Shown here: positions 1-7,750 of the stretch, piece by piece | How positions within the stretch are numbered: position 1 is the stretch's first letter | Layout of the letters: every line of letters begins with the position of its first letter | NCBI GenBank assembly: GCA_963718585.1 | Contig: OY970357.1 | Coordinates: forward strand, 720,001 to 752,000 | Length of the DNA stretch: 32,000 nt | Direction: 5' to 3' | Source of the DNA: Candidatus Saccharimonadota bacterium | Lineage (GTDB): Bacteria; Patescibacteriota; Patescibacteriia; 2-12-FULL-60-25 | Notes under the pieces: generated by a model | Database searches by the model: none | Seen by the model: only the letters and a program-made list of their open reading frames with translations | What the model was told of the DNA's origin: nothing | Translations under genes and position numbers: made by a program

Positions 1-582
1 GAGGCTCGCCGCGCCATCGAGGGTCTGCGCACCGGCGGATGCCGCATCTTCCAGCGCACGGATCTGCGTACCCACGCCAGGGACATCGCGCCAAAAGCCG
101 GTCTCCTGCAGGGAGTCGTGCGCATCATTGAGATCATCACGCGCCGTGAGGATCTCGGTCTTGGCCGTGGCGAAATCGAGCTGTTTGGCCGCGACCTCTG
201 CGCGGTTCAATGCATCCCGCGATTGCTTGGCCGATGAGGCGGCCGAAGCGAGGGCGTACGCGGCCGGCAGGGTGACGATGAGGACAAGGGCGATGAGGAG
301 CGCGATCCCATATTTGATCCATCGATGATGCTTCGGCGCGGGCCTGAGCGGCGGAGGCGTGATCTTCGACGCCTGTGGGACGGGCGTGAGCGGGAATGCG
401 GGTTTGGGAGCGACAGGCAGAGGTGGCGTGACCGGCGCCAGCGGGACGATCGGATCATCGGCCGGAGGAGGGATCGGCGGGATCGCAGAAGAAGCTTCCG
501 GCTTGGGAGACGGAAGTTCATCGAATGCCGGACAGGTCAAGAAATTCGGCGCTTGGGGATCGCCTTTCTGCTCACGCTTCAT
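1..582 (-). CDS. DUF4012-like membrane protein, 5' part (gene continues past the left edge of the window)
   Basis: Absent from the ORF track because it has no stop in the window. The reverse-strand frame starts at ATG (580-582), preceded by GGAGG (rc of 586-590), and stays open to base 1: MKREQKGDPQAPNF..PKHHRWIKYGIALLIALVLIVTLPAAYALASAASSAKQSRDALNRAEVAAKQLDFATAKTEILTARDDLNDAHDSLQETGFWRDVPGVGTQIRALEDAASAG. It has a Pro-rich N-terminus, one TM helix, then a helical region with a VPGVG motif. As I recall, this matches DUF4012 proteins encoded beside glycosyltransferases. Confidence 0.65.
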   Translation of the reverse strand, partial: MKREQKGDPQAPNFLTCPAFDELPSPKPEASSAIPPIPPPADDPIVPLAPVTPPLPVAPKPAFPLTPVPQASKITPPPLRPAPKHHRWIKYGIALLIALVLIVTLPAAYALASAASSAKQSRDALNRAEVAAKQLDFATAKTEILTARDDLNDAHDSLQETGFWRDVPGVGTQIRALEDAASAGAQTLDGAASL

Positions 583-637
583 GTACCTCCGTAGTGTACC
601 TTATTTCCCGATTCTTCTCCTGTCGCCGATGAACACT

Positions 638-885
638 GTCATGTCGAGCTGTCGAGACATCTTCACATTGAATGATCCATTGATGCGCTCGGCAGGGGGT
701 TTCACGTGGAAGATCCTTCGCTTCGCTCTTCCGCCTCCGGCGGAACCCTTCGGGAGGATGACGATCGCTTATAAAGTGTCATGTCGAGCTGTCGAGACAT
801 CTTCACATTGATTGATCCATTGATGCTCTCGGCAGGGGGTTTCACGTGGAAGATCCTTCGTCGCTCCGACTTCCCTCGGAATGAC
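638..885 (+). repeat. Composite repeat, copy L. Module order: A (gtcatgtcgagctgtcgagacatcttc + 44-bp core) - B (inverted hairpin module) - 15-bp linker - A - C
   Basis: The A module occurs at 638-708 and 778-848 (140-bp period, 2 substitutions). B is 709-762, the linker gatcgcttataaagt is 763-777, and C is 849-885. The whole block recurs reverse-complemented at 2115-2363. Confidence 0.9.
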
Positions 886-955
886 AATGCGTCTCGCGTC
901 ATCCCTCTATCACCCTGATCCGCCGGCTGACAGATCCAGGGTCCACATCTGACCT

Positions 956-985
956 GTCATCCCCCGGCTTGACCGGGGGATCTTC
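956..985 (+). repeat. Solo hairpin module of the GTCAT...ATCTTC family
   Basis: gtcATCCCCCGGcttgaCCGGGGGATcttc has a perfect 9-bp GC-rich stem with the family flanks GTC and CTTC. It lies 33 nt downstream of the GT2 stop on the minus strand. A degenerate relative (gtcatccctctatcaccctgatc) is at 898-920. Confidence 0.7.
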
Positions 986-1017
986 AGATCAGACAAGTGA
1001 GGGATCCGAACCAAGGA

Positions 1018-2040
1018 TCACACGTACCACTTGCGCATGTCCGGACCGGAGACCTTTGCGCGCTTGGCGAGTTCCGCTCGTTTGGCGTGCATGGCCGACC
1101 ATCCGCCGAATGCCGCAAAGGTGCCTTTGAGCACGGACGGCCGGAATGGGAGCGACAGGAGGCGCAGGAGGCCCAATGGCCACAACCACGGGGCGTGCAG
1201 GAGTCGATTACCGAATTCATCGTTCTTCCAGGCCATCCAGATCCGGTTTCGCGTGAGGAGGAAGGATCCGCGCGCCGAGATCCGCGGACGCTTAGCCGTC
1301 CCGACCGGGCGGTGACGCCACACGAGCGCATCCGGAACGAGCGAGGTCCGCATCCCGAGGCGGCGCATGCGCCATGCAAGGTCCGCGTCTTCAAAACCAT
1401 CCTGGAATGCCGCGTCATACACCTCACCGCCCAGTTTGGCGGATGCGAGCGCGGACGCGCGGAATAGCGCACAATCGCCGGTCGCTCCGAAGATATCGAT
1501 CTGCGCATCGTATTGGCCGGCGTCCTTTTCCCCCGCCCCGCGCCGGATGACGCGCCGCGACTTGGTGATCGCGAGGCCGACGGCATCGAGGACATCCGTC
1601 TGCTCGGTCTCGCGACGGCCGTCGTCGCCCACGGAGGAGACCACGGCGCGTAGGATCTTGGGCGCGCACGCCGCAAGCTCCGGATCCGCCTCCATGGCGG
1701 CGACCAGGCGGCTCAGGGCATCTGCCGCGAATTCCAGATCCGGATTCGCGACGAGGACGTACCGATGCGCCCAATCTGCCTCGGGCCATCGCGTGAGCGC
1801 CATGGCGATCGCTTGGTCATGCGCGCGGCCGAATCCTTGATTGCGGAAGTTGCGCAGCACCGTCACGTCCGGGCGTTGTTCATTGAGCCACTTCACGGTC
1901 CCGTCATTCGATGCATTGTCGATGATCGTGATCGTGTGATCCCGTTCCGTGAACGTGTCGAGGGACGCGAAAAGATCCGGGAGATATGCGAGCGCATTCC
2001 AGGTGACGATATCGATGACAACGCGTTTTGCTTGATCCAT
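1018..2040 (-). CDS. Family-2 glycosyltransferase (soluble GT-A type)
   Basis: 340-aa ORF with VVIDIVTWNALAYLPDLFASL..ITIIDNASNDGT, VANPDLEF and FEDADLAWRMRRLG, which are typical GT2 (rhamnosyl-transferase-like) signatures. Its C-ending codon bias matches the neighbouring genes. Confidence 0.85.
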   Translation of the reverse strand: MDQAKRVVIDIVTWNALAYLPDLFASLDTFTERDHTITIIDNASNDGTVKWLNEQRPDVTVLRNFRNQGFGRAHDQAIAMALTRWPEADWAHRYVLVANPDLEFAADALSRLVAAMEADPELAACAPKILRAVVSSVGDDGRRETEQTDVLDAVGLAITKSRRVIRRGAGEKDAGQYDAQIDIFGATGDCALFRASALASAKLGGEVYDAAFQDGFEDADLAWRMRRLGMRTSLVPDALVWRHRPVGTAKRPRISARGSFLLTRNRIWMAWKNDEFGNRLLHAPWLWPLGLLRLLSLPFRPSVLKGTFAAFGGWSAMHAKRAELAKRAKVSGPDMRKWYV

Positions 2041-2114
2041 GGGGCGATGATGAAGATGAGGATACAGCGTAAATGCCGCGCATCGGATTGGCTACCCTCC
2101 TTACAAAGAAAATC

Positions 2115-2363
2115 GTCATTCCGAGGGAAGTCGGAGCGACGAGGGATCTTCTTTATGAACCCTCTGCCGAGAGCATCAATGGATCATTCAATCCGAAGAT
2201 GTCTCGACAGGCTCGACATGACACTTTATAAGCAATCGTCATCCTCCCGAAGGGTTCCGCCGGAGGCGGAAGAGCGAAGCGAAGGATCTTCTTCGTGAAA
2301 CCCCCTGCCGAGAGCATCAATGGATCAATCAATGTGAAGATGTCTCGACAGGCTCGACATGAC
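2115..2363 (-). repeat. Composite repeat, copy R (reverse complement of 638-885)
   Basis: Read on the minus strand it gives the same A-B-linker-A-C order. Hand alignment finds about 17 differences over ~249 positions (~93% identity). Module B (2238-2291) matches 709-762 at 54/54. Homology stops exactly at the terminal GTCAT/ATGAC. Confidence 0.9.
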
Positions 2364-2382
2364 ATCATTTCGATCAAAACGG

Positions 2383-3879
2383 TCACGCGCCTTCCCCATC
2401 TGATTTTCGCTTCGGACTCACGTTGAATCCCAGCGGTTTGCCGATCATGAGGCGGGTCTGCGCATCAATGGCCGGGAACGCGCCGAAGACGACGAACGTG
2501 ATCGGCAACAGGAGCCACTGGAGGATCGAGACGACGAGGATCTGGTGTTTGGGCACGTGCGCAGGCCGCGGAGGCAGGAGCAGGAAGGCCATGCCTGCGG
2601 ATACGAAGACGCCGACCATGGCGAACCGCATGAGCCATTGGAGCGTGAACGGCGTGTTCTGGAACACGGCGAACGAACGGAACTGATCGGGCGCGACCCA
2701 GAACGGCAGCCGACCGAGCACGAAGATGAGGATCGGCGCCGTGGCCCAGGTGTACATGCCCTCAAGCTGTTTCCAGATGTAGGTCACCTTCACGCCGAAC
2801 GGGATCTGTTTGTCCTGTCGGAACGCACGCACCATATACGGAAAATTCTCCACGCCCCACGCCCAGCGTCGCAGCTGCTTGTAGAGCGCGGTCAGCGCCT
2901 GCCAATAGTCGCCGGTCATGACCGTGTCCATCGACACCGGGAGATACATCGGCGTCACGCGATAGTTGCCATGATAATGGATGAGCCCCTGCAGGAAGAT
3001 GCGTGAATCTTCGCTGACGATGTCCTTTTGCCAAAACCCGACGTCCGCAAGCATGCGCAAACTCATCGAATGCGAGGAGAACGTCATCATCCCTTCGGGC
3101 TTGGCGAGCTCGGTCATGAGCCAGAACGTCGTGCCGAACATGGCGACGCGGACGATCGCCGGCGATTCCCACAGATTGTTGTTGTAGAGCGGGACGGGCT
3201 GGTATGAGCTCTTCGTCGGTTCGGGCACCGTCAGATACAGATCCGTCAGACAGGAAAAATATTGCGGATGGATGATCGTATCCACGTCGAACGACGACGT
3301 GATGACGTCTTCGTACATCAACCCCATGGCATCGATCTCCGGCAGGATCTGATGACCCGACCAGTTCAGGTTGGACCCTTTGCCCGGGATCTCATCCGGC
3401 AGATCCTTCGGATGGAGCGTGGAGAAGAATTTCAAAAAACGCCCCTCGAACTCCGTACGCAGGACCGCGACATTGCGTTCGAATCGTTCTGCATCGCGCT
3501 CTTCGCCGGCAAGCACGATCATGATCCGGTCTGCGGGATAGGCACCGGTCGCGATACGCTCGAGCGTATCGCGGATCACACCGACCTCTTCCTTATACGT
3601 CGGCAGAAAGACGAGATGGCGGATGCGGTCATACCCTGGCCGGCCTGCCGCGAGCTTTTGCCAATCCTTCTTCCCGTCACGCCGGAAGCGAAACCACGAC
3701 ACGACGAGGAATGGGAGGAAGTACGTGACGCGAAACAACCAGTAGAGGTCAAAGACGATGACAAAATAGATGACCCACAGCGGTCGGATGAATGAAAGCC
3801 CGATCGACGCGATGATCGTGAACCAAACCAATCCTCCGGGGAGGATCTCGAGGAACCGTTGGGATCGGGATGTAGGCAT
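2383..3879 (-). CDS. Membrane-embedded processive family-2 glycosyltransferase (cellulose/chitin-synthase-like)
   Basis: 498-aa ORF with N- and C-terminal TM helices around a GT-A domain. Motifs present: LVFLPTYKEE, FDVDT (DxD), SEDSRIF (xED) and KQLRRW (QxxRW). Confidence 0.8.
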   Translation of the reverse strand: MPTSRSQRFLEILPGGLVWFTIIASIGLSFIRPLWVIYFVIVFDLYWLFRVTYFLPFLVVSWFRFRRDGKKDWQKLAAGRPGYDRIRHLVFLPTYKEEVGVIRDTLERIATGAYPADRIMIVLAGEERDAERFERNVAVLRTEFEGRFLKFFSTLHPKDLPDEIPGKGSNLNWSGHQILPEIDAMGLMYEDVITSSFDVDTIIHPQYFSCLTDLYLTVPEPTKSSYQPVPLYNNNLWESPAIVRVAMFGTTFWLMTELAKPEGMMTFSSHSMSLRMLADVGFWQKDIVSEDSRIFLQGLIHYHGNYRVTPMYLPVSMDTVMTGDYWQALTALYKQLRRWAWGVENFPYMVRAFRQDKQIPFGVKVTYIWKQLEGMYTWATAPILIFVLGRLPFWVAPDQFRSFAVFQNTPFTLQWLMRFAMVGVFVSAGMAFLLLPPRPAHVPKHQILVVSILQWLLLPITFVVFGAFPAIDAQTRLMIGKPLGFNVSPKRKSDGEGA

Positions 3880-3948
3880 GTGCGGGGGAAAAGGATCTGG
3901 AAGCGAGAATCTTGAATCTAAGGTTTCTTTTGCGTTCGCCGCTAGCTT

Positions 3949-4362
3949 CTAGCTTCTAGATCCCAGCTTAAGCTTCTTCTTCGGGACCGTGATGTTCGGT
4001 TCGCTGGAATACACGGGCGCAACATAGCGGGTCGATGGGAGTTTCCCGGCAGCCAAACGACGTCCGAGATCGGACAGATCACCGGTCTGCTCTGCGGTCA
4101 CGCCGACGAGCGGCTTTTGGAACGCCCGCGCGAGGAGATCGGCGATGAGCACGCCGGTCCGCGTGGAGGTGAATGACCCCGGGCCCGCGACCACGCAGAT
4201 CCCATCCACGCGACGGAGCGCCGAAGCGCCGATCCGCGAGGCAATGGCCGGAAGCACGGCGTGCGACTTCGCGTTCCCCTGCCAGATGCGTGGCGCGGTA
4301 TCGCCGAGCAACCCGATGGCGTATCGGTTCGCGTCCGTTGCGTCAACGTACAACCACGACAT
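3949..4362 (-). CDS. tsaB: Truncated TsaB/YeaZ-like protein (t6A biosynthesis partner of TsaD)
   Basis: 137 aa. VVAGPGSFTSTRTG matches the GPGSFTGxRxG motif, and the C-terminus YVAPVYSSEPNIT resembles the conserved TsaB end. The second ASKHA subdomain (about 100 aa) is missing. Confidence 0.6.
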   Translation of the reverse strand: MSWLYVDATDANRYAIGLLGDTAPRIWQGNAKSHAVLPAIASRIGASALRRVDGICVVAGPGSFTSTRTGVLIADLLARAFQKPLVGVTAEQTGDLSDLGRRLAAGKLPSTRYVAPVYSSEPNITVPKKKLKLGSRS

Positions 4363-4395
4363 GCGAGATGAGATGAAAACGTTCTGATGCGATCG

Positions 4396-4998
4396 CTACA
4401 GGATCGGCCCTTCCAGTTTGTTCACGACCACGGTCTTGTCCGTCTTCATGATCGACTCAAGGAACCGGTCCGACATGTCCCGACGATACGTGTACTCGGG
4501 GAGGGTCATGAGCGTGTAGTTGATCTCAAAGCCAAGCTCCTTCTCCGCCTTCTTCATGATCTGCGAAAGTCCCTGCGGACTCACGTCGCCGACAATGAAC
4601 AAATCCACGGGCTGATTGCGCTGACCGGAAAAAATACCCATGAAGGCAACGTACCGAACGTCGCCGAGTTTACGGATGTGTTCATGCAACTTCCACTCGG
4701 TCAGGACGTACGCTTTGATGAGCAGGGCGCGCACTTCCGGCATCAGCGGAAAGTCCCTGTTCGCAACGTAGTACTTCCGTTTGAGTCCAGGGCGACGAAC
4801 GCCCTCATCTTCCTCCTTTGCATGCCCTTCGACCACCAAGCCGATGTTCTGCAGATTCTCGATCTCGCGGCGCACGGCATTGATCTGTGTGTCGATCCGA
4901 CGCGTCAACTCACGCACATAGAACACTTCGTCCGGATTATGAAGAAACAGAGTGAGAAGCTTCACCCGCGTTTTTGAGCCAAATAAGTGTTCAAGCAT
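4396..4998 (-). CDS. Winged-helix (ArsR-like) transcriptional regulator with a C-terminal nucleotidyltransferase-like region
   Basis: The ORF track extends to 5232, but I prefer the ATG at 4996-4998. It gives MLEHLFGSKTRVKLLTLFLHNPDEVFYVRELTRRIDTQINAVRREIENLQNIGLV and avoids overlap with the divergent gene. Confidence 0.7.
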   Translation of the reverse strand: MLEHLFGSKTRVKLLTLFLHNPDEVFYVRELTRRIDTQINAVRREIENLQNIGLVVEGHAKEEDEGVRRPGLKRKYYVANRDFPLMPEVRALLIKAYVLTEWKLHEHIRKLGDVRYVAFMGIFSGQRNQPVDLFIVGDVSPQGLSQIMKKAEKELGFEINYTLMTLPEYTYRRDMSDRFLESIMKTDKTVVVNKLEGPIL

Positions 4999-5122
4999 AG
5001 CGTTGCTTGTATCCTGCCCCTCCCGGACCCTCTTGACAAGAGTGTCGCATCGAACGCCCCGAGCGTCTAGGATGGACGTGCCGTTCCGATATCCAGTATA
5101 CTCGCGAGGACGGACCCGCAAA

Positions 5123-7258
5123 ATGGCTGACTCGGTACAACAGTTCCGCATAGCGGAAATCGAAGTTGCGAAAGCTCTGACCGACGAACGGATCGCCGGG
5201 ATCTTTCGTTTTGAATCAACAGGCCGGAACAAGCAGGGTCCGACCCTCTTGATCGTCGCCGATGTCCACTCCCCGCTCTACGCCTACGAACGACTCCTGG
5301 ATGTGCTCAATGCAACGGCGGAGCAGGCACGGTATCTCGTGTCGCAGGTGGACCAGGATCCGCTCGGTCGATTTGAAAAACTCGTCCAGCGATTGAACGA
5401 AGCCGCCTCATCCTTTGCGGCGGAAGAAGCGACTCCCCTCAATTGGGGCAAGATCAACATCTACATCATCGAGCTCTCCGAAGGCCACATGTGCTTTACG
5501 GGCACGGGCAAGCTCATGAACCTCTTCGCGCAAAAGCAGGAGGATGGATCGTATCGTGCGTTCGATCTCTTTGGCTCGCTCGAGCAGACGCGGACCGTGG
5601 ATCCGAACAAACCGTTCGCCTCGGTCATCTGCGGAGACATGAAACCCGGGGATGTCCTGATCGCCGGATCCGATAATCTCGAACGCTTGCGTGGCGATCT
5701 GCGGATGAAGGAGCGTCTCACGTCCCTCCCCCCGGTCACGGCCGCCTTGGAGATCCGTCAGGACCTGGAACGCCGCGGGATCCCGGATGACTTCGTCGCC
5801 GTGATCATCGCGAGCCTCGCGCTGAAGAAGCCGGTCGCCGAAATGCCCGCACCCGCGCCGAAGATCGATCAGGAGGCGCCAAGTAAGAGCACGGCGTCCG
5901 TCGAACAACTCCGACAACATGAAGAAGACGCGAACCGCGCGCTGTCTCCAGCTACGCCCGTGGCCGGGATCGGCGGATCAAACACTGTAGCCGCGGACAT
6001 CACCGCAAAAGGACTCGGCGTGGCAAAGGCCGCCGGGAGCTGGGTGCTCCGCATCCTCTCCAAGACATTCCGCTTCATCCGCTTGCGGGCAAAGGATCCC
6101 ATGGCGCTCGCCAGCCTCCGCGGTATGAATGCCGGCTATGGCACGGTCTTCACCCGGCAAAAGAAGAAGGTCGCCATCGGCGTCGGTGTGGTCGTGATCG
6201 CAGCCGTCATCGGCGGCGTGTGGTGGAATCATTCCAAGAAGGTCGCGGCCGAGAACGCCGCGTGGAACAGCACCTATGCGCAGGCCACGGATCAACGCAA
6301 CCGCGCGGAATCAGACCTCGTCTATGGGAACGAAGCGCGCGCCATCCAGGAGATCGCCAATGCGCAGCAGATGGTGGCCGATCTCCCGTCCAATACGCCG
6401 GATCGCCAGCAGAAACTGAACAAACTGACTTCGGACATCAGCGATCTCAACGAACGGCTCAAGAAGGTCGTGAAGACCGAGAACGTCGCTGAGCTCATCG
6501 CCCTCCCCGCTTCCGCAGACCCGGGGAGCCTGACCGCGCCGCTCCTGACCAAAGACACGGCGTATGCCGTGGACCAGTCCACGGATGAGATCCTGAAGAT
6601 CACGCTCGCGACCAAAGAAGCGAAACGCATCCCCCTGCCGGACAAAGGCCTGAAATTCGTCGCATCGAGCGAAGGGAGCTCCAGCATCCTGTTCGCGACC
6701 GCGGATGGAAAGCTCTACGCCCTCGATAAGTCCTCGGATCTCGTGAAAGCCATGACCTGGAAGCGGACGAAGGAGGATCCGGTCACGGACACCACCTTGT
6801 ACAACGGTCGGCTCTACACGCTCGACGCCACGGCCGGACAGATCTGGCGTACGTCCCAAAGCGGCAATACGTTCGGCGGCGAGACGGGGTATATCAAGGC
6901 CGCCAACACGACGATCAATGACGCGGTCGCCCTCGCGATCGATTCGAACATCTTCGTCCTCCGCTCGAACGGACAGGTCGTGCAATTCTTCTCGGGCGGA
7001 CAGGTCTCCTTCAACCTTTATCCGATCCAACCGCCGCAACGCGATGCCTCGAACCTCTGGACCAACGCGGATTCCTCCTCCCTCTACATCACGGACCCGG
7101 CGGACAAGCGCGTCCTTATCTTCGACAAAAGCGGCACGCTCAAGGCACAGATCACGTCGACCCAGTTCTCCGGACCGCGCGACCTCTCGGTGGATGAATC
7201 GAACAAGCGCATGGTCGTGACAGACGGTAATAAACTGCTCCTCGTCCCGCTGCCATAG
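5123..7258 (+). CDS. Single-pass membrane protein: cytosolic PP2C/SpoIIE-like domain, TM helix, coiled coil, C-terminal beta-propeller-like repeats
   Basis: Start chosen at ATG 5123 (MADSVQQF). The track ORF begins at 4952 inside the divergent regulator. The N-terminal region has a PP2C-like pattern (LLIVADVHS.., KPGDVLIAGSDNLERL). TM helix: VAIGVGVVVIAAVIGGVWW. The C-terminus has recurring strand motifs (LYALD, LYTLDATAGQIWR, IFVLRSNGQVVQF, LYITDPADKRVLIFDKSG, MVVTDGNKLLLV). Confidence 0.6.
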   Translation: MADSVQQFRIAEIEVAKALTDERIAGIFRFESTGRNKQGPTLLIVADVHSPLYAYERLLDVLNATAEQARYLVSQVDQDPLGRFEKLVQRLNEAASSFAAEEATPLNWGKINIYIIELSEGHMCFTGTGKLMNLFAQKQEDGSYRAFDLFGSLEQTRTVDPNKPFASVICGDMKPGDVLIAGSDNLERLRGDLRMKERLTSLPPVTAALEIRQDLERRGIPDDFVAVIIASLALKKPVAEMPAPAPKIDQEAPSKSTASVEQLRQHEEDANRALSPATPVAGIGGSNTVAADITAKGLGVAKAAGSWVLRILSKTFRFIRLRAKDPMALASLRGMNAGYGTVFTRQKKKVAIGVGVVVIAAVIGGVWWNHSKKVAAENAAWNSTYAQATDQRNRAESDLVYGNEARAIQEIANAQQMVADLPSNTPDRQQKLNKLTSDISDLNERLKKVVKTENVAELIALPASADPGSLTAPLLTKDTAYAVDQSTDEILKITLATKEAKRIPLPDKGLKFVASSEGSSSILFATADGKLYALDKSSDLVKAMTWKRTKEDPVTDTTLYNGRLYTLDATAGQIWRTSQSGNTFGGETGYIKAANTTINDAVALAIDSNIFVLRSNGQVVQFFSGGQVSFNLYPIQPPQRDASNLWTNADSSSLYITDPADKRVLIFDKSGTLKAQITSTQFSGPRDLSVDESNKRMVVTDGNKLLLVPLP

Positions 7259-7278
7259 ATCGAAGATCGGTGAAAGAC

Positions 7279-7308
7279 AAAAAAGCAGCCCTGGTGGGCT
7301 GCTTTTTG
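7279..7308. terminator. Bidirectional intrinsic terminator between convergent genes
   Basis: aaaaaAGCAGCCCtggtGGGCTGCTtttt has an 8-bp stem (7284-7291 / 7296-7303), an A-run upstream and a T-run downstream. It lies between the stop at 7258 (+) and the rplL stop at 7322 (-). Confidence 0.8.
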
Positions 7309-7321
7309 GACCAGGGAACGC

Positions 7322-7723
7322 TTACTTGAGCGTCGCCTTGCCGCCGGCCTCTTCGATCTTCTTCTTGATCTCTTCGGCCGTTGCCTTGTCGGCACCTTCT
7401 TTGATGACCTTCGGAGCGCCATCGACCATGTCCTTGGCCTCCTTGAGACCCAGACCCGTCACTTCGCGCACGACCTTGATCACGCCGATCTTGTTAGAAC
7501 CAGCTTCGTTGAGTTCGACGTCGAATGACGACTTCTCTTCCGCGGCACCACCTGCGGCGCCTGCGCCACCGGCCATCATGACCGGAGCCGCTGCCGACAC
7601 ACCGAACTTCTCTTCGAGCACTTTCACGAGCTCAGAGAGGTCCAGGACGGACAACTTTTCGATAGATTCGACGAGGGCCTTGAACTTCTCCGGCACCTCG
7701 ACGACCTTCTGTTCGTCTGACAT
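7322..7723 (-). CDS. rplL: 50S ribosomal protein L7/L12
   Basis: 133 aa: dimerisation N-terminus, Ala/Gly hinge ([21 protein letters not shown]), then C-terminal domain [33 protein letters not shown]. Confidence 0.97.
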   Translation of the reverse strand: MSDEQKVVEVPEKFKALVESIEKLSVLDLSELVKVLEEKFGVSAAAPVMMAGGAGAAGGAAEEKSSFDVELNEAGSNKIGVIKVVREVTGLGLKEAKDMVDGAPKVIKEGADKATAEEIKKKIEEAGGKATLK

Positions 7724-7750
7724 AGGATTCGTCTTGAATGAATGGATGAT

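Noticed and set aside
638-885. Possible CRISPR array (A module repeated with a 140-bp period)
   Set aside because: There are only two copies per block. The repeat unit (~70-83 bp) is too long, the intervening segments are themselves repeated elsewhere, and no cas genes are present.
359-902. ORFs 359-811 (+), 702-902 (-), and likewise 2153-2386 (-) and the tail of 1765-2298 (+)
   Set aside because: They read straight through the repeat modules, giving peptides such as SFRGKSERRRIF and RVPPEAEERSEGSS, and they overlap the real DUF4012-like gene. They are artefacts of repeat sequence that lacks stop codons.
1904-2119. 71-aa minus-strand ORF preceded by a strong AAGGAGGG, upstream of and overlapping the GT2 start
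   Set aside because: It is out of frame with and overlaps the GT2 N-terminus. Its product is a Ser/His/Arg-rich low-complexity peptide. The SD-like sequence is 11 nt from an internal ATG, but there is no supporting evidence.
3921-3975. Cluster of palindromic 6-mers and a tandem heptamer (gctagcttctagcttctagatcccagcttaagctt; NheI, XbaI, AflII and HindIII sites) that looks polylinker-like
   Set aside because: It spans the tsaB stop codon and encodes its C-terminus (KKKLKLGSRS). There is no vector-like flanking sequence. It is most simply a short AT-richer tandem duplication (ctagaag x2) at a gene end.
5033-5102. TTGACA hexamer (5033-5038) in the divergent regulator/sensor intergenic region
   Set aside because: No acceptable -10 lies at 16-19 nt: TAGGAT is 29 nt away, and TATACT at 5097-5102 has no -35. 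I did not call a promoter.
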